DNA from: an uncultured Oleiharenicola sp.
GTDB taxonomy: Bacteria; Verrucomicrobiota; Verrucomicrobiia; Opitutales; Opitutaceae
Length of the DNA: 64,000 nucleotides
Assembly (NCBI GenBank): GCA_964515595.1
Contig: CAZEUN010000001.1
Location: 246,282 to 310,281 of the forward strand
Direction: 5' to 3'
In this document: piece by piece, positions 1 to 9,441 of the stretch
Position numbering within the stretch: position 1 is the first letter of the stretch
How the letters are laid out: every line of letters starts with the position of its first letter
Program-made: the position numbers and the translations under genes
Notes under the pieces: generated by a model
Database searches by the model: none
Seen by the model: only the letters and a program-made list of their open reading frames with translations
What the model was told of the DNA's origin: nothing

Positions 1-1895
1 GGGAGGTCCTGCCGGAACAGCAGGAACTGGTGACGATCCTGCGCTGCGCGCGTCCACTGGACCCAGCGCTTCATTTCGGCGCGTTGTTCCGGCGTCATTT
101 TCCGCGGATCACCGCACAGGAGGGGCAGCGTGCCGGCCAGCGACTGGAACGAGAGGACGCCCGCGGGGGAATCGATCTCGTAATTGCCGATCTGCAGCGA
201 CGCGGCGGGAATCGTGGGGGTGCGCCACCAGCCAAGCTGGCGCAGGCGGATCGCGCCGGTGGGCGCATCGGTGCTGAAGTTGGCCACCGAATTGCCCGCC
301 GCGTGCTGCACCAGCGCGAGGTCGGTGAGCTGCATGCCTCCCATCGCCTCGAAAGTGCAGTCGACGAACAGATTCGGCGCCGCGGCGTGGAGTTCGTCGA
401 AGAGCTGCCACGCGCCCTCGTAAATGGCGAGGAACGACTCGGCGCGGTCGCGGTGCCCGTGGTTGGTCGCGTAGCAACCGGTGAACGCCGGATCGAATCG
501 GTAGGCGCTCGTGGCCATGGAGAAGTCGAGCTTGATGTATTCCAGCCCGTATTCCCGCACCATCGCGAGCATCGTGTCCCGGATGTGGGCGCGCCAGCCC
601 GCGCTCGCCAGACAGGCGGAGGCGAGTTCCTCCTTCTTCGGATTGGCCAGGTCAACCGGCTCGCCGCTCGGGCCGCGCACCAGCCACTCCGGGTGCGCGC
701 GGAAGATCGCGCTGTCGCGATGCATCGAGGTGAAGGTGAACCACAGGCCGGGTTTCATGCCGAGCGCCTTGATGCGGTCGAAGACGGGCTTCAGCCCGTG
801 CGGAAACTTGGCCCGGTCCACGCTCCAGTCGCCCATCTTGTCCTCCCACCCGTCATCCACCACGAAGGTCTCGGCGCCGCACGCCGCCGCGGCGTCCGCC
901 ACGGCGAGCACCAGCTGCTCGTCGATGCGCGAGTGAAACGGGATCCAGGTGTTGTAGACCAGCGCCGGCAGACGCGGCAGCTGCGTCACCCGCGCGCCCA
1001 GGTATTTCCGGGTGTAGGTCGCGACCGTGGTGTTGAGCGCCGCGGCCGGGTCCGCGTTGCGATAAAGCGCGACAAACGTCCAGGGGCTTTCCCAGCTTTC
1101 GCCCGCGGACACCGTCCGGCGGAAGGGGAACCGCTGGTCCGCGCGCGTCAGGCCCACGGAAAAGCCGGTCCAGTCGGGCGAGTAAACGGAGGTGCGCTTC
1201 AGGACGCCGGGCGCCTCGTTCCCGAGGACAAAGCCGCAGTGGGAGCGCTCGTCGTGCACGAGGACGACGGAGTCGAAGGCATTCCCCTCGTAAGGCTCGA
1301 GGTGGCGGTAGCGGCCGTTGTTGAAGAACACCGGGCTGTGAATGAAATTCCACTGCGGGTTGAGCGCCTCGACGTCGACGGACTCGACCCGGACCGGCGC
1401 GGCGCCTTCATTGGCGATGCGCAGCCGCTTCCGCACCAGGGGCAAATCCGGGTAGAGGACATAGTCCAGTTCCACGCGCAGACGCGCCGGGCCTTGCTTC
1501 GCCCGCAGTGCGAGCGTGGCGCCCGAGCCGCCGGCCGCGCTCCACGGCGTGACCCCGATGAGCTCCCAGGCATCCCGACCGCTGTAAACCGTGCCGTCCG
1601 CCACGAAGGAAAACTCCGCGGGGTTCGCGCCGTGGATGGGGCGGCCCACCGGACGGCCCGGTGCGATCTTCGCGCCACGCGGCTCCTCCCCCTCGATGGC
1701 CAGGAAGTTCCCGGCATAGTCCGGCAGCCGGAAGGTCAGCGTGCTCACCTGCCCCTGCGGCGACACGGCCACGCCGCGTTGCACCGCGCCGTTGTCGAGC
1801 CAGAGCACGTTGTCCGCGAAGCGCGCGAAATCGGCGGCCAAGGCCGCCGGCGCCAGCGCGCACGCCGTGAGGAAGCGGAGAAAACGCGGAGTCAT
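1..1895 (-). CDS. GH36 alpha-galactosidase-like glycoside hydrolase, secreted; 3' end runs off the window
   Basis: Not in the ORF track because it has no stop in the window. Manual translation from ATG 1895 gives MTPRFLRFLTACALAPAALAA (signal peptide) ... VYNTWIPF ... FVVDDGWEDKMGDWSVDRAKFPHGLKP ... GMKPGLW ... YIKLDF (nucleophile Asp motif) ... LCGDPRKMTPEQRAEMKRW. Confidence 0.88.
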   Translation of the reverse strand, partial: MTPRFLRFLTACALAPAALAADFARFADNVLWLDNGAVQRGVAVSPQGQVSTLTFRLPDYAGNFLAIEGEEPRGAKIAPGRPVGRPIHGANPAEFSFVADGTVYSGRDAWELIGVTPWSAAGGSGATLALRAKQGPARLRVELDYVLYPDLPLVRKRLRIANEGAAPVRVESVDVEALNPQWNFIHSPVFFNNGRYRHLEPYEGNAFDSVVLVHDERSHCGFVLGNEAPGVLKRTSVYSPDWTGFSVGLTRADQRFPFRRTVSAGESWESPWTFVALYRNADPAAALNTTVATYTRKYLGARVTQLPRLPALVYNTWIPFHSRIDEQLVLAVADAAAACGAETFVVDDGWEDKMGDWSVDRAKFPHGLKPVFDRIKALGMKPGLWFTFTSMHRDSAIFRAHPEWLVRGPSGEPVDLANPKKEELASACLASAGWRAHIRDTMLAMVREYGLEYIKLDFSMATSAYRFDPAFTGCYATNHGHRDRAESFLAIYEGAWQLFDELHAAAPNLFVDCTFEAMGGMQLTDLALVQHAAGNSVANFSTDAPTGAIRLRQLGWWRTPTIPAASLQIGNYEIDSPAGVLSFQSLAGTLPLLCGDPRKMTPEQRAEMKRWVQWTRAAQDRHQFLLFRQDL

Positions 1896-3151
1896 CACTC
1901 CACTGACGCGGCCATCGCCAGCAGGAGCTCCCGCCCGAAGGCGGTGCGCTGCTCCGAAGTCGGATAGCCGTTGAGTTTTTTGCCGGGATTGACCCGCGCC
2001 TCGACGAGCGCCAGGGGCACGTTGTATTCCACCCACCACGGGGCCGGGGAACCCGCGGGCCGATCGAAACCACGCCGCATCCGCGTCGGCTGCGAAGGAT
2101 CGAACTGCGTGCGCCCGATGAGCAATTGATCGAGGCGCTCCAATCGCGGCACATCCGCGGCCGTGGGCGCCTGGGTGATCATGTATTCGCCGTTCGTGTT
2201 GTGCAGGTGCACGAACAGGGAAATCCGGCGGCCAGTCGCCGCATAGTCGCGGAGCGCCTTCTTGTAATACCAGATCTCGGGCGTCTGCTGCAGCCAGCGC
2301 GGCTCGCGCAGGTCGACCTCGTCCCAGTGCCGGTTGAAATCCCAGCCGTTCGCGTTGAACCGCACGCGACCCAGCGCCGAACCGTCCGGGTCCATCATCG
2401 GCGTGAACAGGAGGATGTATTTCTCCCGCAGCGCGCGGGCTTCCGGGTCGTCCGACACCGCAAACTTCATCGCGCCTTCCGCGATGAACGACGTCGGCGA
2501 TTCCCACGCATGGTCGCGCGCCTGCAGCCAGATGGTTTTCTTCTGCGCGTCCGGGGTCTGGAAGTCGGTCACGGTCACCACCGGGAGATCACGCCCGAGC
2601 ACGCTTTTCCCGACGACCTCGACGCGCGCATGCGGCGAGGCGGCGATTTCATCCAGCAGGCGCACCAGGCGCGAATGCGGGTAAGGCGGCACCATCGCAA
2701 ACCACACGGAATCCGTTTCCGGACGGATCCGCACGGTCTGCTCCTTCTTCGCGTCGTCCCACTCCAGGTTGGGCACCGACGCCCACTGCGCGTTGTCACC
2801 GCTGACGACCGGCCGCGACTCGGCGTTCACCGGCGAGTTCGGGCGGTCGTTGTATTCGCTCGGGAGGTAGCCCGTGAACGTGATTTTCAGGTCGCGGCCG
2901 CGGACGTTATCCATGCGGAAATAAAACCAGGTCGCCTGGCGATTGCGTCCGCGCCGGTCCTGCTGGCCGGGGACATGCACGCGGAATTCCGTTTCACCCA
3001 GCACCTCAACCAGGCCCATCGCGCCACCCTCGAAGCTGGCGCTGAAGCGCACCGCATCGGCCGGCCGGGATTCCTGCGCCGCCAGAGGCGGAAGGACCGC
3101 GAGCAGCAGGCTGACAAAGCGAAAGGCCGCGACCCGGGATAAAAGCTGCAT
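1895..3151 (-). CDS. M14-type zinc carboxypeptidase-like protein (cytosolic-carboxypeptidase-like), signal peptide
   Basis: FSASFEGG N-domain, PYP motif, ARDHAWE (HxxE), NPDG-like MMDPDG, DFNR, second Zn ligand in FVHLHN. Start placed at MQLLSR (3151). The stop overlaps the GH36 start (ATGA). Confidence 0.8.
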   Translation of the reverse strand: MQLLSRVAAFRFVSLLLAVLPPLAAQESRPADAVRFSASFEGGAMGLVEVLGETEFRVHVPGQQDRRGRNRQATWFYFRMDNVRGRDLKITFTGYLPSEYNDRPNSPVNAESRPVVSGDNAQWASVPNLEWDDAKKEQTVRIRPETDSVWFAMVPPYPHSRLVRLLDEIAASPHARVEVVGKSVLGRDLPVVTVTDFQTPDAQKKTIWLQARDHAWESPTSFIAEGAMKFAVSDDPEARALREKYILLFTPMMDPDGSALGRVRFNANGWDFNRHWDEVDLREPRWLQQTPEIWYYKKALRDYAATGRRISLFVHLHNTNGEYMITQAPTAADVPRLERLDQLLIGRTQFDPSQPTRMRRGFDRPAGSPAPWWVEYNVPLALVEARVNPGKKLNGYPTSEQRTAFGRELLLAMAASVE

Positions 3152-3222
3152 GAGGATGCGCACCGTCGCAACAGGTGCAGACAGCGCGCCGGGCGCGGGG
3201 TTCTCGAAGGAAAAGCGCGGCA

Positions 3223-5130
3223 TCATTGCGCGGGTTGGTCAAGTTGCGCCGAGAGCTGCTGCAGCCACTCCTCGATGTTCGTGTAGCCGTCATGGTCATC
3301 GTCGGCATTGGGCTTCGCGGGGATCGGCGTGGCCCAGTGCGACGGGTTCTGCGCATACACCGGCCAGCCGCCGGCTTCCGCGACGGAATTGCGCACCCGG
3401 CCCGGCCGGTCCTTCGCGACCGGAATCTTCGCCCCGCGCGCGATCTCGTCGATGATGCGACGCTCCATGGGATCGCGATCGTTTGGCCGGGCGCCGGCGG
3501 AACGCAGCACCACGTCAAAGGCCTCGCGCGCCGGCAACGGCTTGAAGCCGTCCAGGCCATGACCCTGCGCCGTCGGATCACGGTCAACCAGGTACGGCGT
3601 CAGATTGGGATCCACCAGCGGCGCCGGCGAGGCGCGTTCCCCGGGGTTATAAACGTTGTCGGCCTGGTAAATCTGCGTGCCCGCCGGCGGCTTCTGGCGC
3701 GCGATCGGGGACGCCGTCAGGCTCACCAGCGACGCGCCGTCGATGAAGGTGTTGCCCACGGCCGCCAGGTGGATCGGGTCCGACCAGTAGTCGGTGTGCC
3801 CGATCATCAGGAAGCGGTTGCGGCGGTTGTAGAGGACATTGTTCGCGAAGACGAAGTGCTTCGAATTCGCCCACGGGCCGCGCTCCAGGACGTGCGCGAT
3901 GATCGACCCCGTGAAGGAAAGCCGGCCCGCAGCCGAGGTGCCGGAGCCAAAGAGCGGCCCCATGGCGTGGCCCTGCGCGAGCGAAAGCAGATCGACACCC
4001 AATTTCCAACCCGAGCTGGCCGGGTTGCGGCCGGTGATGATCAGGCGCACTTTGAGGGACGCCAGCTTCGGCGGGATGATGAAACCCGTGGACCCGGTCA
4101 GCGACGTATAGGACACCGCGCCGGCGGCCGGCGCATACTGGTCAAATTCCTCGCTGGCCTGCAGCAACTGTCCGTCGGGATCCCGCACCTCGACCTTGAA
4201 CCTGGCGCGATCGGGTCCGGTGATGCCGCCCACGACCAGGTGCTCGTCGAGCCGGCGCGTGTCATCCGGAATGACCGGGACGATGTACTCGATCGCATCC
4301 CCCTCCGAGTCGGCCGGCACGAGTTGGTACGCACCACTCAGCGCCTGCGGGCTCGCCACCATTTCCGCCCCGGCGAAACCAAACGAGTGCGCCGTCAATT
4401 TTTCCGCCTCCAGCGGCAAATGGTGCGGGAAGGTGCCCTCGTCCACGTGGATCGCGCGGAACAGCGGCTCGGCGAACAGGCAGCGGCTGAAGGTGACGTC
4501 CTCCCAGGCGTTCCACGTGCTCGCAATTTCGTCGAGCGACCAGGCGAAGGTGCAGTGATCGAAGACGACATTGGTCAGGGTCCCGGTGCGCCCGCAACTG
4601 ACCTCGACCGCGTCGCGATTGTGCGTGTGCGGATCCGGCAGCCAGCGGTCGCCCGGGCGGATGCGCAGGTGCTCGATGAGCACATGGCTCCCCTGGACCA
4701 TCAACGACGCGCCGTGCAGCGCGATGCCCGGCGACGGTGCCGTCTGGCCCGCGAGGGTGAGATCGCCGTTCGCGATGACCAGTGTGCCGCCCAGCTCGAT
4801 CACGCCGCTGAGGTCGAACACCACCACGCGCGGCCCGCTCGCGCAAACGGCGGCGCGGAGCGATCCGGTGATCGGATCCTTGTTGTTGCCGTTGTCCGCG
4901 AGCGTCGTCACGTGGATGACGCGCGAGTTCGCCCCGAAGCCGGCGGAATTGGCCGCGCGGTCCAGACCGTAGCCGTAGACGCCCGGCAACAGTTGCGGGG
5001 CCGCGCGCAACGGCGTGAAGGCGGCCGCCCCCAGGGCTAAAACCAGCGAGAGACGCGCGGCGAGGCCGGCGGCCCGGCGCAGGCGCAACCAGCCGGCACC
5101 GAGGCAACCAGGGATCAGGATGAAATTCAT
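3223..5130 (-). CDS. PL1 pectate-lyase-like protein, paralog 1 (catalytic domain with internal insert, no C-terminal modules)
   Basis: VIHVTTLAD...GSLRAA...GPRVVVFDLSGVI, TLAGQTAPSPGI, HLRIRPGD, NRDA, FDHCTFAWSLDE, RGP, C-terminal DDDHDGYTNIEEWL. Start at MNFILIPG (5130). Confidence 0.85.
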   Translation of the reverse strand: MNFILIPGCLGAGWLRLRRAAGLAARLSLVLALGAAAFTPLRAAPQLLPGVYGYGLDRAANSAGFGANSRVIHVTTLADNGNNKDPITGSLRAAVCASGPRVVVFDLSGVIELGGTLVIANGDLTLAGQTAPSPGIALHGASLMVQGSHVLIEHLRIRPGDRWLPDPHTHNRDAVEVSCGRTGTLTNVVFDHCTFAWSLDEIASTWNAWEDVTFSRCLFAEPLFRAIHVDEGTFPHHLPLEAEKLTAHSFGFAGAEMVASPQALSGAYQLVPADSEGDAIEYIVPVIPDDTRRLDEHLVVGGITGPDRARFKVEVRDPDGQLLQASEEFDQYAPAAGAVSYTSLTGSTGFIIPPKLASLKVRLIITGRNPASSGWKLGVDLLSLAQGHAMGPLFGSGTSAAGRLSFTGSIIAHVLERGPWANSKHFVFANNVLYNRRNRFLMIGHTDYWSDPIHLAAVGNTFIDGASLVSLTASPIARQKPPAGTQIYQADNVYNPGERASPAPLVDPNLTPYLVDRDPTAQGHGLDGFKPLPAREAFDVVLRSAGARPNDRDPMERRIIDEIARGAKIPVAKDRPGRVRNSVAEAGGWPVYAQNPSHWATPIPAKPNADDDHDGYTNIEEWLQQLSAQLDQPAQ

Positions 5131-5411
5131 GTCGGGATTTCTAGGGATTTGCTGACGGGAAGGTGCTCGCCGGAGAGCGAGCGGAAAAGCGGCGGCGCGC
5201 GGTGAGAATCCGAGCGTACCTGACCACACGCCGTTCTACGATTCGCGAATCCGGCCGCTGGCCATGAAGCCAGTTGGATCGGTCAGGCGCGCGATCATCC
5301 GGGGGAACGACCAACGTGGGTTTCTTGAGGGTAAGGGGTTGCATGAGCGACCGGGCCAGCCCATCGGGGAAACCGTAAGGTAACGCCCCTGGCCGCAGTC
5401 ACTAGCGACTG

Positions 5412-5432
5412 ACGGTTAACACATGTGACCAA
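5412..5432. promoter_or_regulatory. Candidate operator ACGGTTAACACATGTGACCAA (CACATGTG palindromic core), upstream of PL1 paralog 1
   Basis: 21/21 identical to 21680-21700; intergenic. Confidence 0.7.
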
Positions 5433-5499
5433 ACCCACCGCGGTGCCGGCCGGGCGAGCCGCGCGGACGGGACTTTAAACACTCCGCCGGGCGGCAGTT

Positions 5500-5531
5500 G
5501 CCGGGCCGCGCGGGAAACCGCGCGGCCCGGC
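5500..5531. terminator. Perfect 14-bp GC hairpin downstream of PL1 paralog 2 (terminator or mRNA stabiliser; no U-tract)
   Basis: GCCGGGCCGCGCGG-GAAA-CCGCGCGGCCCGGC. Confidence 0.45.
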
Positions 5532-5590
5532 ACTCCCCCTGCCCTCGGCGGGCCGGGGCCAGGGGACTTTTCACTTGCCGCGATCGCTGC

Positions 5591-8500
5591 CTAGGGCGCG
5601 GTGACGAGCACGTCGTCGAAGTCCGCCGTCAGGCCGGACGTCATGAGTGCCGCGCCGCCGGTACCGGACGCGAACGTCGTATCGTTGGCGCGCACGAGCA
5701 GCTGGCCGTCGACATAGCCCCGCAGGCAGGTGCCGATCACTTCCAGCCGGAGCGTGTGCGGCGTGTTCAACACGACGGTGAAGGGCTCCGAGTCGAGCAC
5801 CGTGGACGTGTTGTTCACGAGTTTCTTCAGTTCGAGGACGTTGCTCTGGCCCAGCTTCAGGTAGTAGTAGTTGGTCGCGTCATTGAAGCGGGCGATCAAC
5901 CCGGCCCACTTGTTCGTCGGCAGCGAGTTCGTCGGCGTAATGTCGGCCTCGACCGATTGATTGGTGACGAATCCGCCCTGCCGCGTGCGGGAGTCGGTCG
6001 CGCCCGTGGCGCTCTGGCGGTACAGCGCTGACGCCGCCGCCCACGACCCGCTCAAGGGCGTCCAACGGCTCACGTTCCCATCATTGAAGGTCTCCGCCAC
6101 GAGCACGGCGCCATCCCGCGTCGCGCCGGCGCTCACGTTGTCGTATTTCACGTCCGCGCGGTACATGAGCAGCCCGGCCTTGCCCGGAGGCAGGGGCGTG
6201 CTGTCCGTGGTCTGCACCTTGAGGACGCCGTCGACGTAGAGCTCCAGCGTGGTGGTCGGATAGCCGGAGACGACAAATCGCACGGTGTGGACATCCCCGG
6301 GATTCGTGGTGACGTTCACCACGGAACCGAGCGTCGTGTAGACGGTGTTGAGCATTTTTTTGATCTCCACCGTCGAACCGGTGATCTTCGCGTAGTAGTA
6401 ATTGTCGACGCCGGTGTAGCGCGCGCACAGGCCAAACCAGGCCCCGGGCGCGGCGGGATCGAAGCCCACCAGTTTCGCATCGGCGGTCACGGAGTGATCG
6501 TCGCTGAAGCTGTTGTCGAGGATCGCAAACGGCGCGCTCGCCGCGAACTGGGTTTGCTCGTAGACCTTGTTCCCCGTCTCGGCCGTAACCTGCCAGGTGC
6601 CGCCGGTGCCGCCGCTCGTGGCCGTCCAGCCCGTCGTGGCGCTGTTCTCGAAATCGTGGAAGGTCGTCGCGCGCGGCACGAGGGCGACCCGGAAGTCGTC
6701 GTACACCCCCGAGGTGTTGCTGCGACTAAAGAGTCCGGCTTTGCCCGCGCCCAGGCCCGGTTGCCACACGTTGGGCAGACACGCGACGCCGTTCACGAGG
6801 ATGGCCGTCATGTTGCCCCGCCGCCGCACGGTCGCGTTGAATGGCACGCCCGCGCCGCCGGAATAGACACCAGACGCCACCGTTTGGGGCGAGCCGCCAT
6901 TCGTCACGCTGCTGACCTCGACGTCACCCGCGGTATTGAAGGTCACATAATTGTAGTTGCTCGAATTGACGTAATTATAGACGAGGCCGACGCGGTTGCC
7001 GGTGCCTCCCCAGGTCGTGGTCAGCGTGGCGCTGACGGAGTAATCCGTCGCCCAGGTGCCGCCGTCGTAGAGCGCGATGGCCGCCGTGGTGTTTACCGTT
7101 TGCTTATAGTTATGCGGGGTGGTGTTGACGACCCAGGCTCCGGAAAGCACCGACCAGTTGGGCGCCACGGTGGTGGTCTCGTCGAAAGTCTCCGTGCGCA
7201 CCACCGCTTCCGCCGTCGAGCCTTCCACCTGCGCGGCCAGTTGCTGCAGCCACTCCTCCATCACGGTGTAGCCGCTGGCCAACACGGTCGTGGCATTGCC
7301 GGGCACCGTCCAAGTCGCCGTGTTTTGTTGGGTTCCGTCCGTGGGCCAGCCGCCGGCATCGGCCACGGAATTCACCAGATTGCCCGGGCGGTTGGCCCGG
7401 ACATTGATGACCTGCGCCTGGGCCAGATTGGTCATGACTCCCCGTTCCGCCGAGTCGCGCTCGGCCGGGCGGGCGCCGGCGTAAAGCACCCCATCGGCGA
7501 AGGCCTGGTTCGGTGACACCGGGACGAAGCCCGCCAAGCCCGCCGGCTCCGGCAGCGTGGGATTGGAAGTGACGAGGCGATTGTCGCTGCTGAGCGGGCT
7601 GGCAAACGCGCCATACTCCGACGGGTTCTCGGCCCCACCCTTGTTCCAGTCATTGTTGCTCACGTGAATCTGTGCGAGCGTCCCTGTACTCGCCAGACCC
7701 GTGTTATAGTAGAGCCCGGTATCGCCGCCCCAGGATTTCCCCTCGATGAAACGGTTGCCGACGATCTCCGCCTTCATGCTGGAGATCGCATGAGGGCTCT
7801 CCGCCTCATGGCCGAGCATCATGAAACGGCTCAGCCGGTTATAGAGCACGTTGTTCGCGAACAGGAATTGTTTCGAATAAACCCAGGGGCCGCGTCCCAG
7901 GAGGTGGGCAAAAACGGAACCCGTGAAGCTCAGCCGCCCGCCGGTGTCACTCCCCCAACCCAGGAGCGGGCCCATCGCGTGGTTCTGAATGAGGCCGATC
8001 TGGTCGATGCCAACACTGACGGCGGCACCGGGCTGGCCGAGCAGCACGACCCGGATGCGATAAGGCAGGTAGTCCGCCGTGGAGCCGGGAATCGTGAAGT
8101 GCGGACGAGTGCCGGCAATATGCTCCCCGATGAAATCCACGCTGTCGTAAGTTTGGGCGGGGTTAAAATCCTGGCTGGTATAAGCCGGGGTGCTGGCGGT
8201 GCCCGCGTAGACCTCAACGCGAAAGGAACCGCGGCCCGGACCCGTGATCCCGGTGATCAACGGCACGTTGCCGGTCCGGTTGGTGGCGGCGGACTTGATG
8301 TTGAAGCAGTACTCAATGTAATCGCCGGTATGCCCGGAAACGAGGTGATAGTTGTTGCCGGAGCCAATCCCCTTGGTGGGGTCCGCTGACGGCGTATAGG
8401 TCGTTCCGCTCGTGACGATCGTCTGGACCACGGCCGGCTCGGTGCTGGACCGCGGAAAGGATTCGGCCTGCAACGGGACGTTGGCCGTCTTCGGCGGAAG

Positions 8501-9223
8501 GGTGCCGTCGTAGAACTGTCCCTCGTCGATGTGGATCGAATAAGCGAGCGGCTCGACGAAGGCGCAGCGGTTGAAAGTGACGCCGTCCCAGTTGTTCCAG
8601 AGCTGCACGGATTCATCGAGCGTCCATTGAAACGTGCAATGATCGATGACAATGTTCTCAAGTGAATTGGCGCCCGTGGCTCCCTCGATCCGGATTGCAT
8701 CCCGATTGTGCGTGGGGATGGCGTTCCAATCGTCACCCGGCCGGATCCGCAGGTGCTGGACCAGCACATTGTCCGCGCTGATGACGAACGACCCTCCCTT
8801 GATCGTGATGCCGGGCCAGGGTGCCGTCTGGCCGGCAATGGTGCAATCGGCCTTCGAGAGACTCAGATCGCGCTTCAACGTGATCGTGCCACTCTTCCGG
8901 AATACGATCACCCGGGCACCCGTGGTGGTCCGGGCGAGCACCTCGCGGAGCGAATTCGCGATCGTCGACTCACCGGCGCCGTAGTCGTCGAGGTTCGTCA
9001 CCTCGATGACTTCGAAGTTGCCCTTGAAGCCGGCGGCGGCGGTCGAGGTTCGCTCCAAGCCATAACCGTATACGCCCGGCAGCAGTTGCAGGGCCTGCAG
9101 GCGAAGGCCGCCCAGCAGGAGGAGGGCGAAGGCCGAAATTGCGGAAACAGCTCGGAGAAGTTTTCCGAACGGGGCATGGCAAACTACCGGGCGGGCGGAG
9201 CCCGCGGAGGTCAGATTTTTCAT
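5591..9223 (-). CDS. PL1 pectate-lyase-like protein, paralog 2 (internal insert plus three C-terminal ConA-like/CBM66-DUF1080-like beta-sandwich modules)
   Basis: Signal peptide; QLLPGVYGYG; TIAGQTAPWPGI; HLRIRPGD; IDHCTFQWTLDE; RGPW. Three repeats of (E/H)(T/D)F(D/E/N)...W....G.W...NYY...G..GL....(Y/F)D(D/N). Confidence 0.85.
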   Translation of the reverse strand: MKNLTSAGSARPVVCHAPFGKLLRAVSAISAFALLLLGGLRLQALQLLPGVYGYGLERTSTAAAGFKGNFEVIEVTNLDDYGAGESTIANSLREVLARTTTGARVIVFRKSGTITLKRDLSLSKADCTIAGQTAPWPGITIKGGSFVISADNVLVQHLRIRPGDDWNAIPTHNRDAIRIEGATGANSLENIVIDHCTFQWTLDESVQLWNNWDGVTFNRCAFVEPLAYSIHIDEGQFYDGTLPPKTANVPLQAESFPRSSTEPAVVQTIVTSGTTYTPSADPTKGIGSGNNYHLVSGHTGDYIEYCFNIKSAATNRTGNVPLITGITGPGRGSFRVEVYAGTASTPAYTSQDFNPAQTYDSVDFIGEHIAGTRPHFTIPGSTADYLPYRIRVVLLGQPGAAVSVGIDQIGLIQNHAMGPLLGWGSDTGGRLSFTGSVFAHLLGRGPWVYSKQFLFANNVLYNRLSRFMMLGHEAESPHAISSMKAEIVGNRFIEGKSWGGDTGLYYNTGLASTGTLAQIHVSNNDWNKGGAENPSEYGAFASPLSSDNRLVTSNPTLPEPAGLAGFVPVSPNQAFADGVLYAGARPAERDSAERGVMTNLAQAQVINVRANRPGNLVNSVADAGGWPTDGTQQNTATWTVPGNATTVLASGYTVMEEWLQQLAAQVEGSTAEAVVRTETFDETTTVAPNWSVLSGAWVVNTTPHNYKQTVNTTAAIALYDGGTWATDYSVSATLTTTWGGTGNRVGLVYNYVNSSNYNYVTFNTAGDVEVSSVTNGGSPQTVASGVYSGGAGVPFNATVRRRGNMTAILVNGVACLPNVWQPGLGAGKAGLFSRSNTSGVYDDFRVALVPRATTFHDFENSATTGWTATSGGTGGTWQVTAETGNKVYEQTQFAASAPFAILDNSFSDDHSVTADAKLVGFDPAAPGAWFGLCARYTGVDNYYYAKITGSTVEIKKMLNTVYTTLGSVVNVTTNPGDVHTVRFVVSGYPTTTLELYVDGVLKVQTTDSTPLPPGKAGLLMYRADVKYDNVSAGATRDGAVLVAETFNDGNVSRWTPLSGSWAAASALYRQSATGATDSRTRQGGFVTNQSVEADITPTNSLPTNKWAGLIARFNDATNYYYLKLGQSNVLELKKLVNNTSTVLDSEPFTVVLNTPHTLRLEVIGTCLRGYVDGQLLVRANDTTFASGTGGAALMTSGLTADFDDVLVTAP

Positions 9224-9441
9224 CGGGAATCAGGGAGGGAGGGTTGTCTAGCGGTGCTGCCGACCGGAAAATTATTCACGCGCGCTCCGTCCACCGGCCA
9301 GCCGGCCACGACGGGCATTGGGGTGCGGGGTCCGCGGGCGTGAAGCGGGAATCAGCGCCGAACCGTTCAGGCCGGCGCCGTTCCGTCAGTCATGGATGAA
9401 CCGGGAAAAACATTCCGACCAGGGTCGAAATGGAATGGAGG

